A stretch of DNA of 64,000 nt. It comes from Mobula birostris. Taxonomy: Eukaryota. Shown here in pieces: positions 62,301 through 64,000 of this stretch (position 1 is the stretch's first letter; each line of letters opens with the position of its first letter). The position numbers were made by a program, and so were the translations under genes. The notes under the pieces were generated by a model that searched no databases, was not told where the DNA came from, and saw nothing but the letters and a program-made list of their open reading frames with translations. The stretch is from the NCBI RefSeq assembly GCF_030028105.1, contig NC_092371.1:16061764-16125763 (forward strand), in the 5' to 3' direction.

Positions 62301-62414
62301 TTTTGTTTCTACCCTCACTTTACACCCCTCTGCTTCTCTGCACTGGTTCCCATCCCCCTGTAGTGAACTAACCTCCTCTCGCCTAGCCTCTTTAATTTGA
62401 TTCCCACCCCGCAA
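59382..62414 (-). CDS. CR1 ORF2: APE endonuclease + reverse transcriptase, intact (~1010 codons)
   Basis: NARSIRNK, GITETW, VVYRPP, MGDFN, SDH (APE); PGNYRPVSLTS, YLDFQKAFD, GVPQGSVLGP, KFADDTKL (RT). No stops. The track start is TTG, not ATG. Confidence 0.95.
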   Translation of the reverse strand: MRGGNQIKEARREEVSSLQGDGNQCREAEGCKVRVETKSTMEKSNSGRPTNPGQALKRATFQHNCIRAKRVVKERLKALCVNARSIRNKMVELKVQIVINDYDIVGITETWLQGDQGWELNVQGYSIFRRDRHEGRGGGVALLVKEEINAIERKDISREDVESIWVELRNTKGQKTLVGVVYRPPNSSSEVGDGIKQEIRNVCNKGTAAIMGDFNLHVDWVNQIGKGAEEEDFLECMRDGFLNQHVEEPTREQAILDWVLSNEEGLISNLVVRGPLGKSDHNMVEFFIKMESDIVNSETKVLNLKRGNFEGMRRELAKIDWQMTLKGLTVDMQWQAFKGCMDELQQMFIPVWQKNKSRKVVHSWLTREIRDSINSKEETYKLTRESGSPEDWEKFRVQQRRTKGLIRKGKKDYERKLAGNIKTDCKSFYRYVKRKRLVKTNVGPLQTETGELIMGSKDMADQLDNYFGSVFTKEDTNNLPEIVGDRGSSEMEELSEIHVSREVVLGKLKGLKADKSPGPDGLHPRVLKEVAQEIVDALVIIFQNSLDSGLVPEDWRVANVTPLFKKGGREKPGNYRPVSLTSVVGKLLESVIKDVITAHLESGEMIGQSQHGFVKGKSCLTNLIEFFEDVTSRVDRGEPVDVVYLDFQKAFDKVPHRRLVCKLKAHGIGGKVLVWVESWLADRKQRVGINGTFSEWQAVTSGVPQGSVLGPQLFTIYINDLDEGIKCSISKFADDTKLGGSVSCEEDAKRMQGDLDRLGEWANSWQMQFNVDKCEVIHFGGKNRKTDYYLNGGRLGKGEVQRDLGVIIHQSLKVGMQVQQAVKKANGMLTFIARGFEYRSREVLLQLYKALVRPHLEYCVQFWSPNLRKDILAIEGVQRRFTRLIPGMAGLPYEERLDELGLYSLEFRRLRGDLIETYKILKGLDRLDAGRLFPMLGKSRTRGHSLRIEGKPFRTVIRKNFFTQRVVNLWNSLPQETVEASSLAIFKRELDMALVATGVRGYEGKAGAMF

Positions 62415-62419
62415 CCATT

Positions 62420-62719
62420 CTAGTTTAAAGTCACCTCAGTAGTCCCCGCTAATCTCCCTGCCAGGATATTGGTCCCCCTAGGATTCAAGTGCAACCCGTC
62501 CTTTTTGTACAGGTCACGCCTGCGCCAAAAGAGGTCCCAATGATCCAAAACCTTGAATCCCTGCCCCCTGCTCCAATCCCTCAGCCACGCATTTATCCTC
62601 CACCTCATCGCATTCCTACTCTCACTGTCGCGTGGCACAGGCAGTAATCCCGAGATTACTACCTTTGCGGTCCTTTTTCTCAACTCCCTTCCTAGCTCCC
62701 TATATTCTCCTTTCAGGAC
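62420..62719 (-). CDS. CR1 ORF1 C-terminus (SGNH esterase-like), 5'-truncated
   Basis: KVVISGLLPVP...INAWL...DHWDLFW...DGLHLNPRGTNIL, containing the DGLH SGNH block. Sequence beyond 62719 is not part of the element. Confidence 0.85.
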   Translation of the reverse strand, partial: VLKGEYRELGRELRKRTAKVVISGLLPVPRDSESRNAMRWRINAWLRDWSRGQGFKVLDHWDLFWRRRDLYKKDGLHLNPRGTNILAGRLAGTTEVTLN

Positions 62720-62859
62720 AATAGTCTTATTGTGTTTCTTTGTATCTCCTGTGAATGCCCGTAAGAAAATGAATATCATTGTTGCATTTGGTGACATACG
62801 TGTACTTTGATAGTAGATTCACTTTGTACTTTGATAATAAATTTATTTTGTTTTGATAA

Positions 62860-63517
62860 TTGACCCTGCTGAAATCTGGAGGAAAACACATAGAGGATGC
62901 AGAGGGGGATCACAAAGTCGAGGAAAGAGGACGGGTCGAGATAACAGAGACTTATGGAGAAGAGGAGTTCGGTGGGTAATAAAATGGACGAGTTCACGGC
63001 GCTAGCCAGGCGTCAGAGAACATTCCGGGGGTTTAGTGTTATGTCTTTCACTGGAACGGGGCTGCACGAGGACATACCCGATCAAAACTTCCGATCAACG
63101 GCTTCCAGACCGTTCCGGCTGACTGGAAGTGCACTGAGAGCGGTAATCGTCAGGGAGTTGGGTGCTTACTGTTCTGGTTAACAACGGATGGTGCAATCCG
63201 GGGCATATTACGATCGAGGAACGTGTTTGTCGACCGGATATTGAATTTTTTACTGTTGGACTTCGGCCACATTCCACCGAGATACAACACTGGGCGGCAC
63301 GGGAGGTCGTTCCTGCCTGTGGCCATCGAACTTGCAGCTCCTCCCGTGGAGGGTCAGACACCCTGAGCCAATAGACTGGTCCTTGAATTTTATCCATCTG
63401 GCATAGTTTGCATTCTGTTGTTTGATTGTTTGTGGTTTTTGTATTGCTATATTTATGCTCTATTCTTGGTTGGTGCGGCTGTAACGAAACCCAATTTCCC
63501 TTGGGATCAATAAAGTA

Positions 63518-63556
<39 letters not shown>

Positions 63557-63564
63557 GTATCTAT
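62860..63564 (+). mobile_element. Internally deleted APE-type LINE (Rex1/Babar-like?) ending in AATAAAG(TATC)n
   Basis: Endonuclease-like N-terminal text (VGNKMDEFTALARRQR...SFTGTGLHEDIPD) fused to a 3' end with a (TATC)n tail at 63518-63564. Clade is uncertain. Confidence 0.55.
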
Positions 63565-63599
63565 ACTGATTATTATAACACCTGATCAATCGCTGGTGT

Positions 63600-64000
63600 A
63601 CTACAATCACCCCATATATTATCAGCTGAAAAATAACAACTACGGTTGCCAAAGTAAACAGAGGCGTTTTCCAGAGCAGCTCTTTCAGCCCACTGTGGTT
63701 TTGTCTTGCTTTAAACCCGCTCTCTAAGTTACTGAACCGAACGAAATTGGGTATTAAAATTAGAGACAACCAAACGAGTTATACCTTGACACGCCTTCTG
63801 TACATGGACGATTTGAAATTATATGCTCATTCATCAGTAAAACTAAAGGAATTAATTCAAATAGTAGAACTATTTTTGAAAGATAGAAACATGAACTTTG
63901 GACTGGATAAATGCAGAACGTTAAACAAATAGAAATGTGCAATAAAGCTAATAGAATATAAAACGAAGCAGCAGGATACAATGCAACCGATGGATGAAAT
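63600..64000 (+). pseudogene. Reverse transcriptase fragment resembling R4/Dong-clade non-LTR elements, runs off the window end
   Basis: In-frame KVNRGVFQSSSFSPLWFCLALNPLSKLL...LLYMDDLKLYA...FGLDKC with a stop at 63930-63932. Confidence 0.7.

Larger units (their letters stand above)
59284..62719 (-). mobile_element. Young CR1 LINE, 5'-truncated within ORF1
   Basis: (TTTCTATG)n 3' tail at ~59284-59306, uninterrupted ORF2, and the esterase half of ORF1 up to ~62719. Confidence 0.95.

Overview
Vertebrate genomic DNA from a cartilaginous fish, most likely a batoid (skate or ray); the taxon is inferred from the Ig family and the repeat content. The only host genes I can support are two intact, same-strand immunoglobulin light-chain clusters 23.1 kb apart (L 29053-29101 / VJ 29247-29606 / C 30556-30884 and L 52156-52204 / VJ 52350-52709 / C 53715-54040). 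They resemble sigma-cart (type I / NS5-like) light chains. V and J are already joined in frame in the genomic DNA, with no RSS between them. Both clusters sit in copies of a ~13 kb segmental duplication unit. A third copy (~500-13343) stops about 2 kb short of where the Ig gene would be. The rest is retroelement DNA: many CR1 LINE pieces (one young copy with an intact ~1010-codon ORF2), Ty3/gypsy remnants, a solo LTR with tandem arrays, Penelope-like elements carrying minimal hammerhead ribozyme motifs, a tRNA-derived SINE, an R4/Dong-like RT fragment and microsatellites. The most notable observations are: (1) a remodelled VH-VL interface shared by both V genes (D36/H38/G46/R89/Y98); (2) CDR-focused divergence between the two pre-joined genes; (3) a Penelope hairpin whose junction falls on the predicted hammerhead cleavage site; (4) a U_UUA_AAC -1 slippery site at the CR1 ORF1/ORF2 junction. 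No prokaryotic system or CRISPR array is present. All comparisons were made by eye; no database searches were run.
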